26,295 bases of DNA from an archaeon. GTDB taxonomy: Archaea > EX4484-52 > B79-G9. The translations under genes and the position numbers were made by a program. Shown one piece after another: positions 25,926 through 26,295 of the stretch. Numbering within the stretch: the first letter of the stretch is position 1; the number at the start of each line of letters is the position of its first letter. The notes beneath the pieces are model-generated. The model was given only the letters and a program-made list of their open reading frames with translations. It was not told where the DNA came from and searched no databases. The DNA is taken from assembly GCA_043813875.1 (NCBI GenBank), contig JBDRKP010000027.1, forward strand, positions 1 to 26,295, written 5' to 3'.

Positions 25926-26186
25926 ATGCCTGCTACGATATGTCCTGTAAGTTACACAAAGGAAATACTGGCTATCGGATATAAAGAGGGTTACATAGCA
26001 CCACGAGGTAAAGATGTAGATTATCGCCAAATTCTACAAGATGTTCTTGGTGAGAACCATTATCTGATAAAACCAAAGGCTGATGGTGTTCCTTCAGATA
26101 TAATCCCGAAGACAGTAGCTGGATTGCATCTAGGCGATAATCTTGAGGCTATGAATTTGGAGTGCACCCCTCCATCAGGACACTAA
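25926..26186 (+). CDS. Hypothetical protein
   Basis: 86-aa ATG-started ORF with no recognised motif. Confidence 0.45.
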   Translation: MPATICPVSYTKEILAIGYKEGYIAPRGKDVDYRQILQDVLGENHYLIKPKADGVPSDIIPKTVAGLHLGDNLEAMNLECTPPSGH

Positions 26187-26295
26187 GATAACGAAATATT
26201 TAATACCTTTGCTTCAAATTCAACTGGCGGCAAGTAGCCAATTGACGAATGAAGCCTTTTGTTGTTATAAACGACATCAATAAACTGCTTTATGT

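Noticed and set aside
9..26030. Many antisense and alternate-frame ORFs (e.g. 9-599, 7027-7527, 10733-11305, 18004-18597, 19042-19539)
   Set aside because: They are shadows of well-supported genes, with no motifs and biased composition.

Overview
Archaeal chromosomal segment, probably DPANN-type (inferred from GGTGA ribosome-binding sites, a class III signal-peptide pilin, and the RPA-GINS-rpl44e-rps27e-aIF2alpha-nop10-PAC2 cluster). It also carries a pyrD-pyrK-pyrE-pyrF operon with a URA3/UMPS-type PyrF, purP, a DEAD-box helicase, a GH15 hydrolase, MoxR, CutA, a CBS/HPF-like protein and several hypothetical proteins. I recognised no rRNA, tRNA, CRISPR array or transposase. Four signals stand out. 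(1) Two related GC-rich structured elements lie in inverted orientation (5192-5312 and 5983-6120); both end in tRNA-like ...GCCA and they flank an orphan gene with atypical codon usage. (2) rpl44e, rps27e and nop10, in the aIF2alpha cluster, appear to start at ATT/ATT/ATC. (3) An NADK2-like kinase with altered motifs overlaps an NPPY methyltransferase. (4) A palindrome appears to sit in frame in the N-terminus of pyrK. All calls are by-eye motif recognition; no database searches or folding programs were run.
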